A stretch of DNA of 64,000 nucleotides from Macrostomum hystrix (taxonomy: Eukaryota; Animalia; Platyhelminthes), in NCBI GenBank assembly GCA_950097015.1, contig CATNEN010000001.1, positions 14,074,001-14,138,000 on the forward strand, given 5' to 3'. Position 1 is the first letter of the stretch, and the number at the start of each line of letters is the position of its first letter. The translations under genes and the position numbers were made by a program. The notes below the pieces were generated by a model that was not told where the DNA came from, made no database searches, and saw only the letters and a program-made list of their open reading frames with translations. This document shows, piece after piece, positions 47,400 to 60,100 of this stretch.

Positions 47400-48773
47400 T
47401 GGTGGTATGTAATTCTATGGTAATGTGTTTACATAATGGCGGAGTGATTTGGAGAGTCGTCGATTTACGCTCGTAAAGCAGGTCGCTCAATTGTGAGAGC
47501 GACCGGCATGCATTTTGGCGCTGATTCATTTCTTAAATTCTAACAGCAACTGCGCACTTGGTGCGACCTCTGATGCGCAAGTTGACAAGATTTTTTGGCT
47601 CAGTTGTGCCAGCTCAGTATTATTGACTTATTAAGTATTGTAGACATAGATGAGCCGCCTTCAGGAAAACTATCCCAAAAGATTCGATCGCAGGTGAAAG
47701 CACTAGCTGTGTCAGCATTATGTTTTGCTGCATAACGTTTAAATTTCGAAATTAAAGAAGTAAGAGTCAACGAAAATAAATATAAATTTCTAACGCAGTT
47801 CAGTATAAAGAATAAGTCTGACTGTGGCTGCTTAATTGCCGCACAAAGAACGTTTAATTTTCTGCATAAATAGTAAAAGGATGCATAGCGGGAGAAAAAA
47901 GTAAACACCAAGTATCTGTATACATATGGGATAGGCCTGGGATAGGATTTGGATAGCACTCAAACCGGAATGTTTTGTAGAATTAAATATCTGCAGGGTA
48001 CTAAATGCAAAGCAACTGAAGAAGAGTGAAATTGAACAGACCAACAGTAAATTACAGAAATAAAAATGGGAAAGCTTAAAGAGCAATAATAAAAGAGCCC
48101 GCTTTTACCTGATAAAGGCACTTTGAGTTTTTCTTTCGTACAAAATGCCTGTTGTGACTATTAATTAGTAAAAACTTATTTTCGAATTTATTTCTCACGC
48201 CGAACAGTTATATTGCAGTGATTATGCCGCTAAACAGTACGGCAACAGTTTCATGACGCTCGAACTTCTGAGGAGCAATCTTAGAATAGACACTAATATC
48301 AATGTCATCCGCAGCTTCCATTTCTCGACGCACCTGACCGTGTACCGGGCGTCAGGTGTTGATGGAGAATATCTGGAAGAAATTCGGAATGTTTTAAACC
48401 CAATTTACATACGAATATTTATCTGTCTAGAATGATTGCCCTTAATCAAAATTATAAACTTATATTACCAAATTTGTAAAGGGATCAGTGTCATTGACAA
48501 TACAACAACAAAACAAGAACTGTCATTGACAATGGCGATGAGAAATATAATTACTGATTATTGTCTACAACCGTAATGGTAGACAATACAATAGCCTGGG
48601 GAATTTCATGGTCTAACCCAAATAAATTTTGAGAGATCCAGAGGGGAAGTAAAATACACAGCAGAGATAAGAGTCTAGAGTCACTAGAGTCTAGACTAGA
48701 CAAACAAAGCGTTTCTTTAGGGCAAGGACTTCTATAAATAGCATCTATAAATAGATCGATGCTTGTATTCAGA

Positions 48774-48871
48774 CATGGACGTCTCTAGTTAGAATCGAAC
48801 TAACTGTCGGGTGATCATTGTCAACTGGGGGATAATTGTCAACTGGCTGATTCTAACTAGAGACGTCCATG
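48774..48871. mobile_element. Mini-MITE/hairpin: perfect 23-bp TIRs enclosing units of the 18-bp minisatellite
   Basis: CATGGACGTCTCTAGTTAGAATC / GATTCTAACTAGAGACGTCCATG; internal GATCATTGTCAACTGGGGG. Confidence 0.7.
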
Positions 48872-49051
48872 ATTCAGAGGTCCTTGCTTTAGGGTAGCAT
48901 AGATACCTTACATTGTAACTTGATTTGGTTAGCTGTCTAAAGCGGAGACACGGCCACAATCTTTTTTCCAACAACTATAAGCAACAAAGCGGAAGCGGCC
49001 AAGAGTAATATTAACTGGTTCCTCTTAGAGGCTGTGCCAGACACTGGGACA

Positions 49052-50048
49052 ATGAATTTTGATAGCCGAAATACAACTGAATCCCTAAAGGTAAATCTAT
49101 GATTCGAGACAGTGACTGGTAGTTCTATGGGAGACAGTGGGTATCTACTAGGAGTATATCAAAATCTCGTAGATTTTCTAGGTAGCCAGCTTATAGCTAG
49201 AAAGACAGTTACTATAGCAACACTTGATTGCGGAGAGTGGCTAGATTGCCTAGCTATGGGACATGGTGTCTAGATTGATTGTTCACGGGAGACAAGCTAA
49301 TCGCAAACCCATTTATTCTTACCAGCCCGTCGATGACCTGGGCAGTCTAGACAATTTGGACTTCGCCGTGATGCGCTGCGAATTCAGTGACCTCCAGTCT
49401 TACGAAAGCGCTGCCCTCTTCGATTTGTACAAGCCGGTTGCCAACGAAGATGACACTGGGGCCATGAGCGCATCGGAGTCCATCTGGTCCATCGGACAGC
49501 AACAGCATCCGCAGCAGCGACTGAATGCTTCGGCGATTGATTGCTCCCTTTGCTAGGTTCATTCGCTTGATCCGCCTACTTCGCATCTCCCAACGCATGT
49601 GCAGCCACCAGGCGTCATAAAAAGAACAAGGAAGAAGCGTGCTGGCATCGGTTAGTGTTTTTGAGCTGCGAAAATTTGGGATTTGAGAATCTTTAGTATT
49701 TAACAACAATTAGCTATCAAAACTTAGCATTGCCCAACCTCAGACAGGAATTTTTGGCTGTGGGAGTTTCTGTACCAGTTACTCGAAACCCCGTCTGTCG
49801 CTGACCTGTCGCCACCTTGCTTGCGCTGGGAGAACAAGCTGGAGGGCATTTTCCAAATTCTAAACCCAACCGGCCTAGCAGAGGCCTGGGGCAGTCACAA
49901 GCGGCGCGACATGAGCTTTGAAACGATGAAGCGAGCGCTGAGGCTTTACTACGAGGACAAGCTTATCACCAAGACCCACCCAAGAGACAAGCACTTTTAC
50001 AAATTTCACTTCGACCACGAGAAAGTAAAACTTTTTTTAGAAAAATGA
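49052..50048 (+). CDS. ETS-domain transcription factor (ELF/E74-like, divergent); exons ~49052-49090, 49326-?, 49557-49650, 49744-50048
   Basis: FWLWEFLYQLL..LRWENK.EGIF..LAEAWG.HK..MSFETMKRALRLYY..YKF is an ETS fold signature; phase-1 intron 49651-49743; exon 2 donor uncertain. Confidence 0.85.
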
Positions 50049-52757
50049 CTGAGACAAAATGACACCCAAATCAGAAATCCCTACATTGCCCTAGAAATCA
50101 CATGATCCAGACAATTACTCAGAATTACATCACGGATTGTCTGATTGTCAGTTGCGCTACTTCACTCATGTAAACTATTGTTTCTTACGGCCATGTTTTG
50201 TTCTGTTTTCTTGTGTTTTCTCATATTGTCCATGCATGACTTATCATCAGTAATTAAGCCTTGATTTTGAAGACATGTAATTGAGACCGACTGTTTCCTA
50301 TAAAAGTATGAGATCTACGAGTACTTATAAGTGCTATACTATAAATAAACTAATAGTTGCTGCACATTATTTCATAAACTAAAAAACAAAAAAGCACACT
50401 TAACGTTGTTGCGAGTGCAGCCGTGGAACTCTATTGACATGACAAGGAGTTCGTGAAGGTCGCTGTCGTTCTCTAACCTGCTAAACTCGGCCAGATGCAG
50501 CTAGCCGGGACGCTGGGCAAACTTGTGCTCGACGCTGACTGAAATTCCCATGCTGCAGAGGGTTAGATCAATTCATTTATCTCATTTTGAATTCGTAATG
50601 TGAATTTAAACTCAAACTGCTTAAGAAGAAAGTAACTGCATACCTGTACATCCGAGGTAAGAGCTAAGAGCGATGTCGATCGTCGGTACATTTTCTGCCG
50701 ACCACCTTGCAACACACGTCTCAGGATTTTCTGGAACGGGGAAAACTAAAATTGGAATTTGACAGTATACAGTTTTTGCTTTCGGTTGAAATTTGATCCC
50801 TGTCAACTATGAATTTCAGCTACATTTCAGCAAGCCTTTAAGGGACAGATGCGATTATAGCCAGCTATTATATCAAGTCATTCTGAGAAGCTAAGCATGC
50901 ATGCATGTTAAGTGCAGAAACACAGCAAGGTGCAATAGCTCAATAAATATGTTTGTTGTCGTTGAAAGCTAAAGCACTTTATAAATACTTATGCATGCAG
51001 TGCATGTAATAAATAAATAAGTGTGAAATAAATAAAGACACGAAGGCATAGATATCCAAAAATGCAGCTTATTAATATTGCTTGGCCGCGTTGGCGCTAT
51101 ATATCATATCGTTGGCGCATTGGCGCTATATCCGCCTATCATATGCTCTGAAAGGTGAAAATGAGTTTTAAGGCGCAAATGTTATAACTTAAATACGTAA
51201 TTAATATTTGGCATGCAAAGCAAATATCATTATTTAGTAAAAATATGCAACTTTAATAAATGCTTTATCCAATGGCAACAAGGGCATGCATCCAACTCTA
51301 AGCGAATGCTTGAAGTTGGCTTATGGAATGAGCTGCATGGTTAAACACGAAGTGCGGCACGTACGACAAAAAGACTAACGTTATAGCATTTAATTACTGT
51401 CATATTAAAGGTGAGTGCGTTTTGCTTTATTGTAATATTGTGTTAGCATTTAATTGTTGTGTGAATTGCAGCATGTTAAACGACGTGTAGCTAATGGCTA
51501 GAAAGAGATTTAGTTTTACCACCTATCACCAAAATGAAGTTTTTTAAGGAAAGTAAAACCTGAAAAACCGGGTATATCTTTTTTAGGATGTTTAAAAGCA
51601 TATTTTAAGAATTGTTAAAAAACTATCAAGAATTGCGAAGAACTATTGGTATAAAATAGCAAAAAGTGGTTTAACAAAGCATTTTATTTTTTTCCACCGG
51701 AAGGTAGGTGCCGGGGCGGGGTAAAGTTGGTAGATGCCCCGGCACCTACCTTCACCTTCCACGTGCCGCCCTGGCCCACCGTGTGTGGCTCTATAAGCCA
51801 CGGTGAGCCAGGGCCCTGCTGCTGCGCCTGCGCCTGCTGCTGCGCCTGTGCCTGCGCCTGCTGCTGCTGGTGCTGCTGCTGCTTAATATCCATCAGCTTT
51901 TAAAAAATGACTAAGAATCGCAGCAAGAAACTTGAAAATAGCTAGGAATCGCAGCAAGAAACTTGAAAATAGCTAGGAATCGCAGCAGAAACTTGAAAAT
52001 AGCTAGGAATCGCAGCAGAAACTAGAAACTAGATATCTGAAATTAAGTGGTTTTTATCAAATTCGTATCTTTTTAATCCAGATCGTATGAACAGATCTTT
52101 GCATGATTATCGATTTTGAAGAGCACTGAAATCTCAGGAATCAAATGAGAAGCAATCAAAAGAATCTCAAAGAAATTAAACAAATAAAAGAAATTGAAAG
52201 ACAGACGAAACAAGACTAAGTTTCGGCAAGAGTGTTCTATTAAATAAATTCAGCTGACTGGTGAGTTACTTGTTTCCATTGTAGCTCGAATATTTTTTAT
52301 CAGACTAATTTAAATGGCTCAAAATAATAAGTTTTTCAGCTATTAACATATTCAACATTATTGAACAGGTACTTATCACACTAGCTGGAATGGTGGCATT
52401 TTTGACTGGCTTAAGGCAGTACTACCTAGCAACTGCTTTCCTTACATCAGTGCATCTGAGAACTGGTCACATTGTAAGTGCTTGACTAATCATGATCCTT
52501 TTGTGAAATACTTGGCACCTAACCCAAAATTGATAGCTACTAGCTTTTTGAGCCATTGGTTTCGATTATAAATGTGTACAGGTTCAGTTTGTCTAAAAAG
52601 GTGCTATGAATGCATTTTGAACTAAAAGGCTTACTAAACATAGACTACCTTTGTATGTCAGACCCTAAAGTGTCATAAAAATTATAGCCATTCATTAGCT
52701 ATTGACAGCTGTTGGTACTAGCTAGGGTTATTTGGTCTGCTGCATTCATGTGAGACA

Positions 52758-52975
52758 ATTTGTGTCCTTTAGCAAGACACTAATTTAACTCTGCATTGCT
52801 TCAGTTCACCCAGCTGTTAAATGGTACCAGCATTCGCTGGGATATTTGAAGGTGGGTGTGGCGTCCCCCCAGACCATGGACTGTACAGCTGTACGCAGTC
52901 TTCAGATGCGCCGTGCAATAGCTCCGGCTGTGCTGTCGGCTGCACATCTGGCCCAATTGGTGTAATCAATTATTA
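52758..52975 (+). mobile_element. SINE copy
   Basis: Same core and 3' region as the other copies. Confidence 0.8.
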
Positions 52976-53419
52976 GTTATTTACATCCATGTACAAGGTT
53001 GGTTTAAAAACACTTGTTCATTTATTAGTAGCTCTGATAACTTTAGAGATGGAGGTGTAGTAGATCTTGAAACAGCAGCAAGTTAAGGCAAGTGAAGTTA
53101 CTTGTACTGGTATCTAGTATTTGGTCCTACCATAGCCAGTGATCCCAGTGTATACATGAGTTATTTGGTCTGGTTCAATGGTATTTAGCAGCTAGGGGTC
53201 AGCAAACTTATTAGCCTGTGGGCGACGTACAGAACCTAAAAGACGACGGCCGTTTTATCTGTAGGAATCTGAGAAAGGGGAGGGATTAGACATGGGAGAG
53301 ATGAGGCAGCGGGAATTAGGGTGGGGGGTTTGATTGCCAACTCTACTAGTACAATTTATGCCCTTTGGCAAGACGCCTAACTTATTTGCTTCAGTTCACC
53401 CAGTTATAAAAGTAATAAT

Positions 53420-53735
53420 AATGCAATAACTAATTACACCTGTCTCTATTGGGCCAGATGTGGAGCCGACAGCACAGCTGCAACTATTTTGCAGCGCATC
53501 TGAAGACTGCGTACGGCTATGGACTACAGCCAGTACAGTCCATGGACTGGGGGGAGGCTACACCCACCAAAGTTACCACAGCTAATACTGGTACCCATCC
53601 ATTTAATAGCTAGCTAGGTGAACTGAAGCAATTCAGAGTTAAGTGCCTTTCTTAGACACACAAATTGAAATAGGAGTCAGGAATCGAACCATCAAGCTTC
53701 AAGATGCGAGTCCGACGCTCTAACTGCTGGCTACA
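53420..53735 (-). mobile_element. Near full-length tRNA-derived SINE
   Basis: A-box-like TAGCCAGCAGTTAGAGCG and B-box GGTTCGATTCC on the minus strand, followed by the shared core. Confidence 0.8.
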
Positions 53736-53920
53736 ACCCAGCTGTAAAATGGGTACCAATATTAACTAGGGGAACTGAAGGTGGGTCTGGCATCCCTAAG
53801 TCCATGGACTGAACAGCCATGTGCAGCCTTTAGATACGAGCGTATGCTGCACAATAGCTGTGGCTGTGCTGTTGACCATACTGCACAATTGGCCGGATAG
53901 GTATAATAAATTATATTAAT
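53736..53920 (+). mobile_element. Diverged, truncated SINE copy
   Basis: ACCCAGCTGTAAAATGGGTACC...AGTCCATGGACTGAACAGCC. Confidence 0.7.
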
Positions 53921-54774
53921 TACTTAGCCTATACATAATATGTGCTATGTTTTTTATTTTTCTGCTCTGTTTAATACATTTAAAACCAACAAGCTAACCA
54001 ACAACTCTCTTAACCACCTTATCCTTTTCAAACAGGTTAAGGAATGGCAAGATTCTCGATCTGCATGTACGAGAGCTTACTGGAACTTCTACTGTATCTG
54101 GTGCTTGGCCAACAAGAGCTAGCCTGAATGCTGCTGCCATCCAAGATTATGAAAGGCATGATTGACTATAGCTCACTGTTAACTGACAGATCTTTGCTTC
54201 TTAATGCCTATGCATGACCAAAACTGCATGCCACATACCTAAACCAGCTAATAAGTAATAATACATTTTTCATGACAATTAGTTCTCATATCATAGCTAT
54301 ATAACAGTTTCTTTCTTTCACTGTTTCAATAAAATAGCCACTTGTGAAAGCCCAAGAATAAACAGAAGTTAGTCTTAAAGTATCTAGAGCAGAAAATAGG
54401 AATTGTAACCTAGCTATATAGTATATAGGCATTTAAGCCTCACATGGTACAATTCATTATAATATGTTGCAAAAATATGAATTTTTTGCTAAATAAAAGT
54501 AAATATACACTATGTGCTTTAAAATAACACTCTTTTTTGTAAAAAAATATTCCTGTAGCTTCATAATATATCCTAACTAAGCTACACTGACATTGCTGAT
54601 CAAATAGACTTTCACTTAATAATTAACTTATATATAAACCACAAAGTGATGGCGATCGTTTGATATCGGTGTTTGTATTGATGTGGAGTGTGCTGCGGGA
54701 ATCGAGTGGGAATGTGAGCCAGCGGAATTTGGCAGCACGCAGCCGAACTGCGTGCTGCCACCCAGGCCCATGAG

Positions 54775-55586
54775 ATGGCGGTTGAGCGGGATCCTCGCCG
54801 GCGGGTGCGCCAAGTTAGAGCGGAGCCCGACGACGAGCAGGTCCAGTCGGAGCCGCTGCATAAGCTAACGGAGGAGTTGGCCAAAGTAACTCAGCAGCTA
54901 GCTGAGGTCTCTCAGCAGCTGCGGGATACGCGGCCCAACCTCATTCCCCCCCTTTGCCCGCATCCAACCGGGCACCAGTGGCTCCCCAAACGTGTCGAGC
55001 ACGGGGCCGCTAAGGAGGTAAACCCCAAGTCGGAAAAGGGAAATGGGAACGGGGCCGCCAATTGGAGGCAGTCCCACGGCTCCGAGACCTAGCCCGCAGC
55101 ACAACAATCGGAGCGGCGGCAGCTGCTGCCTCCGACCGCCGAGAAGTCCGAGTGAATGCACTCGGCCGAGTCCCCACCCGAGTGCGAACCCGCCCCAATC
55201 GCTCTGAGCAGCTTAGTGAGGTGTGGGTCGCCTTGGAGGTGGAAGGGGCGCCCCTAGACCTCCTCATCGACACGGGGTCTATGGTTAATGTGGTCCCGGA
55301 CTCGCTGTCACCAATTTTCCATCACTGTCAATTCGAACCCCCTCAATTCTCTCTGATTGCGTATAATGGCACCCCTATTATTGCACGGGCGCAGGTCAAA
55401 GTCAAATTACAGGTTGGCGCCGAAGCACTGGACACGCCGTTCCTGGTGGTCGAGGGCGACTGCTCTCCCCTTCTCGGCGCCTCCTGGTTGGCTCATCATC
55501 ATGCCATCCTCGACTTTGACTCGCGCCAACTAATCATTTACCGCCAATTTCTCCCGTTTTCGCTCAGGCAGAAGGCTGTCCGCTAG
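54775..55586 (+). pseudogene. Gag C-terminal remnant plus retroviral-type aspartic protease (frameshifted)
   Basis: LLIDTGSMVNVV and PLLGASWL retropepsin motifs; no RT follows. Confidence 0.8.
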
Positions 55587-55678
55587 GTCCTGGCTTTCCA
55601 AGGCAGAATGCCCCAACCCCCCTCCTTTTTCCCTTCTCCCCTTTCTCCCCCTTTCCCCTTTTTTAGGCTTAGGCGAGG

Positions 55679-56311
55679 GTGCGGAATGGTGGTTTCGAAG
55701 AGCAGAGAGTTAATTCACGTCTAGTAGAAATGGCCGGAATGGGAGCTGTAGTAGCCTGGTGGATGGAAGCGGCTGCGACTGACTATCGGCGGGAGCTGGC
55801 CAACAAAAGGACATGGCTCGTAATCCGCCTGTGGCTGCTCCCCACCCTGGGTCGCGCAGCTCAGGCTGGCACGGATCTCGCCCTCGCATGCCGGGTGGCC
55901 GAAGCCCGGTGGCTGGCACAAGCGTGGTGCGAGGAGCGAGACCCCCTCCCGCCGAAGGAACAGGACGAGGCTACGCTGCCGTGGAACCTGCGGTGGCCTG
56001 CCTACAGCCCGCCTGCGGACTGGGCCATGTCGGTGCCAAGGGAGCTTGTTTCATGGCTACAGGCCGCGCGGATTCCCGGCGAGGCAGAGCTAGAACATCA
56101 GCTGGTGGTGCGGATGGTAGGAGGCAACGAGAATGCCCTACGGACGGTGCATGGCCCGGGCCACGCACCCTGGTGGCGCGAGTTGTCCGAGGACGGCCCT
56201 GCCGAAGAGACACCGCCAGGGGACTTCACGCTGGGCCAAATGGTGAGACAGGTGGAAGGAGGATACGAAAGCGGGGTGTTAGCAGAGAGTACGGCCATTA
56301 AGGAAGAGTAG
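55679..56311 (+). CDS. Uncharacterised Trp-rich ORF inside the LTR element
   Basis: 210-codon ORF; no RT or integrase motifs. Confidence 0.35.
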   Translation: MRNGGFEEQRVNSRLVEMAGMGAVVAWWMEAAATDYRRELANKRTWLVIRLWLLPTLGRAAQAGTDLALACRVAEARWLAQAWCEERDPLPPKEQDEATLPWNLRWPAYSPPADWAMSVPRELVSWLQAARIPGEAELEHQLVVRMVGGNENALRTVHGPGHAPWWRELSEDGPAEETPPGDFTLGQMVRQVEGGYESGVLAESTAIKEE

Positions 56312-56481
56312 GTGGGTAGAAGGCTCTAGGCTGGGACAAAGAGAGGGTGTCCGCGGACAGCATAAGTAAGACTCCTACGTGCCTTCATCCTTTCCATCAC
56401 TGGACCCTCCCCTAACTCCCTTTTAGTAACAATGCGCACCGAGCACCTTCTTCCTCGCATCGTTGTGATTTCCTTTTCATC

Positions 56482-57100
56482 TAAAGCCATCTTGGCGCCA
56501 AAAGTCCACTTAAAAACTATTATAATCTAGCCAAAAATCACAAAAACATATTTAATGGGGTGAAATTCCCCTCGTAAAGTTTTCACATGAGATTGTTCGA
56601 TTGCAGCATATTAGGGTTTGCACCTTCTCTTTCGTAAATGCTTATAACCTTATTTGCACTGTTTCGTGAATGGCACCTTTTTTATCTTTTGCCTCTAGTG
56701 GGTCTGTGGGAACTCAGGCTAGGATAAATTCTAATTTAGGAGGGCCACCAACCCGCTAAAGAGAGCGGGGTGGTATACACCGGGAAATTCCATAATTCTT
56801 TAAGGGGGGAGGGCAGCTTCAAATCAAAAAGGCCATCTCGGCGCCAAAACCTCTTAAAAATCTATATAAACTAATCAAAACCCAAAAACATACTTAGTGG
56901 GGTGAAATTCCCCTTTTGTAAGAATTTTCGCATGAGATTTCTCTTGATAATTGCCGCGAACTAGGGTTCGCACCTACATTTTCGTGATCTGCTTATCTCA
57001 CATGTTCATTATGCTTGGTTTTCGGGAGTTTAGTTATGCCGGTTTCTATCTTAGGGGGAATACCAACCCGCTAAAGTGAGCGGGGTGGTATGTTTCGGGA
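56482..57100. repeat. ~330-bp imperfect direct duplication inside the LTR element
   Basis: GCCATCT.GGCGCCAAAA, GGGGTGAAATTCCCC and CAACCCGCTAAAG.GAGCGGGGTGGTAT each occur twice. Confidence 0.75.
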
Positions 57101-60100
57101 GTTTTTCTAATATTTGTTTAAAGAGTGGGCGGTTGTAAATCAAGAGGCCGGTAGGATTAGGTATTCAAATTCTATGGGAAACAATCTGGCTGTTTCAATG
57201 AATGACAGATCTGAATGATAAGTTTCCTTTTGCTAGGACTAGGAGGGACAGAAAAAAAAATTATTTGGGACGCCAGAAGTCAGCAGCTGGGCATTCAACT
57301 CTAGGCATCTGGGGGAATAGAATAGTAATAAATCGTGCAGAAAGGTCTCCAGACGGGTCGGAAAAAAATTGTTAGCGGTCTAAATATTTACTCTTTTTTT
57401 TGTTGCTAGGCAGTTATAAAATTTGAGCAATAATGTTTCATCTAAGAAAGGAAGTCGGACACAGATAGCGAATTCTCGTTTACGTTTCAAATGGTGGCGG
57501 TTTTTATTTGTATTGTCACAGGGCACAATGGCGGAAATGCATACAGTTAGGTGCGGAATAGCAAGTCAGTAGGTAATCATGGTAGTCGTCACAGAAGAAT
57601 AATCAGCACCAGCAGTGTGATGGCAGCGAATGCTATTCCGGCGGCCAGGGCCATGCCCAGCGGGCCCCTAATAAACCCGGACACGATTGCAGCCAAATCG
57701 GCCTCACGGCCTTCGGGCACGTTAATGTCTGCAAGAGTAAGGTGGATGAGTAGTCTAGTAAGGCGCAGTGGCGGTTTGCAGGTGGAAGTCTCGAGGGTGG
57801 TACCCAGGTTGGGAGGGAGTGTAGGTTCATCACTGCCAACTTACTCATCACGAAGGACATGGCGATGGGGTTGCCCGAAGCTGACCCATGCCGAGGCGCC
57901 GGTTCGTATGGCTCGGGCAGGTAGCTGCTGAAAGCGAGGGGTGGTGTAGTATGTTTAGGTGGTGAAAGAATAGTGGTGGAAATCGCAAACTAAATAACTT
58001 TCGACCTAATCGATCACTAACTAAGGAAGGGTTTTCGCAGTTTTGGGTCGGGGTCAATTCCAAATTTTTGGGATAAATGGGCGTGCCGTGGGTAAGGGGG
58101 ACTCTAGTTTTCCGAATTATTATGACATAACCCTCGCAATTACCCTTAATAACCGGCCTTGGGGGGCCGAGTAGAAGTCACATAACTCACCTCTATTCTC
58201 CAGGCTGCTGAGGCTCCATGGCAAACAGGCAGATGACTGCACAGACGCGTAGTACGCGTAGACTCGTAGTAAATGCGTAACGCGTAGGCTAGGCAACTAA
58301 TGCGGTTAGTCTTGGAAGTTTTCCTTTCTTTTGCAGGAGTTGGCGTTTCGATGAGTATTAGTAGTGATTGTTTGGGAGATAACAGGCTTGAGGTTAATGG
58401 GGCGTCAAGTGTTTACCTTTATAGCGCCAATTTAGGGGGACGGGGCGGTCTAACCGCCAGCCAATGGGAGCAAGTGGGAATTCCGGGCAGAACCAGTTTA
58501 GGGGGCCCGTAGTAACAGTTTAGTTGTTGGGGCCCTGACCTTTTCGGTGAGGAGACACCTCGGCCGGCAACAGCATCACAAGCGGCCTGAGCAGCGGTTT
58601 CCCCAGCTGTGACCAGCTGCAGCGCCGATTGGACCGCGCGCAACGGCTAGGCAACCGGCCCGGCGAGCCTTCTTGGGCACGGCCAGCCGGAAACACCTGG
58701 AGCGCGCGGCGAATCAGAGGCTACCAACGCCCGGCAACAGGGTCGGTGAGGACGCAAAGCGGGCCAGCCAATCTGGAACCACCTGGTGAGAGCACGGCCG
58801 GACCCCTCGGACTTAAGGAAAACGGCCGGAGCCTCCCGGGATTGCGCAACCGAGACCAAGCCGGGCAAGGAAAGACGGGAACAGCCGCAGCCACCTGGAG
58901 GAGAAGGCGAATCGGGACACGGCACCCGCGGGCACCAAGGGCAACTTTACCGCGAACGGAATGCGCACCCACCCCCCATAGGACGCTATACCGTAGTCAC
59001 TAGGGGCGCCGACCATTTTATACTCACGCACCAATCTATTTATAGTAACCGTACGTACGTACGCATTAGGATTTCTTCTCTAGCGGAATTCTTCTTAGGG
59101 TTCTGTACAGTATGTTGTAGGTAATTTTTATTATTTTTCCCCTCGATTCTCGAGACACCCCGCTACTACTGTCAGTAGGCACGTAAGTGTCTTACGTGAA
59201 AGTGAGCGAAGGTGGAGTGATGTGGAGTGTGCTGCGGGAATCGAGTGGGAATGTGAGCCAGCAGAATTTTTCAAATTTTTAAGCAATCAATAATCGCGAC
59301 CCACCTAGCAGCTGGCCACAAACAAGATCATTAATCTTAGGGCCGGGTTTTGGGCGGCGGTGAATTAAGTAGCCGTCGAATCCCTTTTCCCTGGATCTGT
59401 CTAGACCCCTGTAGAAATGAATGATCGCGGCCATAGCTCTTATTGTATGAGTAGTTTAGGTCATAATTCCCCTCCAAACCGCGATCAGATATTGGGAATC
59501 ACTCGGGCATTATGAGTGATCAATAATTCTTCATGTCCCCACTTCTTTACAGTATTCGAGCCCAGCTCGACTTTATGACCTCCTCTCTTAGATACATGTA
59601 AATGTCACTGTAGGCAGGTCGGCGCCTGCGCTTCCCATTGTCCTGGCGGAGTAACAATTATTGGCCGACTGTCGGCGGCTGCTCGTGAAGGAGCATCTGT
59701 CGTTTCTCGCCGCTGGTTCATTGGGTAATCGGGGTGGCCATCGCCGCTTCGATTCCTCGATGACAGGCTGGCGCGAATGTGGGTTATTTTGATGGATGTC
59801 GGGGTTGGCGTGCTGCAAGACTATTTAAGGAAGCGCGCTGCACTGCCCCTAGAACAACCTTTTTCCTGAACGGACCGCCCGGCTTACCTTCCTTCTACCT
59901 GCTGGGCCGGACTCCCACCGGACCTAAGGCACTTTTCCCACATCCACTTAGGGCTTAGACCCCAGAGCTATAAGCTCAAACAAGCGCTCACAGGCCCATT
60001 GCCTGTCTCCTTTCCCCTAAGCGCAAGCCACCTCTTTAGGTGAGCTCTAAATTGAGCCACTGTGCTCCCAGTGTGTTGGCCCCTGCCAGCTCACAGCAGT

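Noticed and set aside
51684-51893. Poly-Q/QA ORF
   Set aside because: Short microsatellite-derived frame with no other coding support
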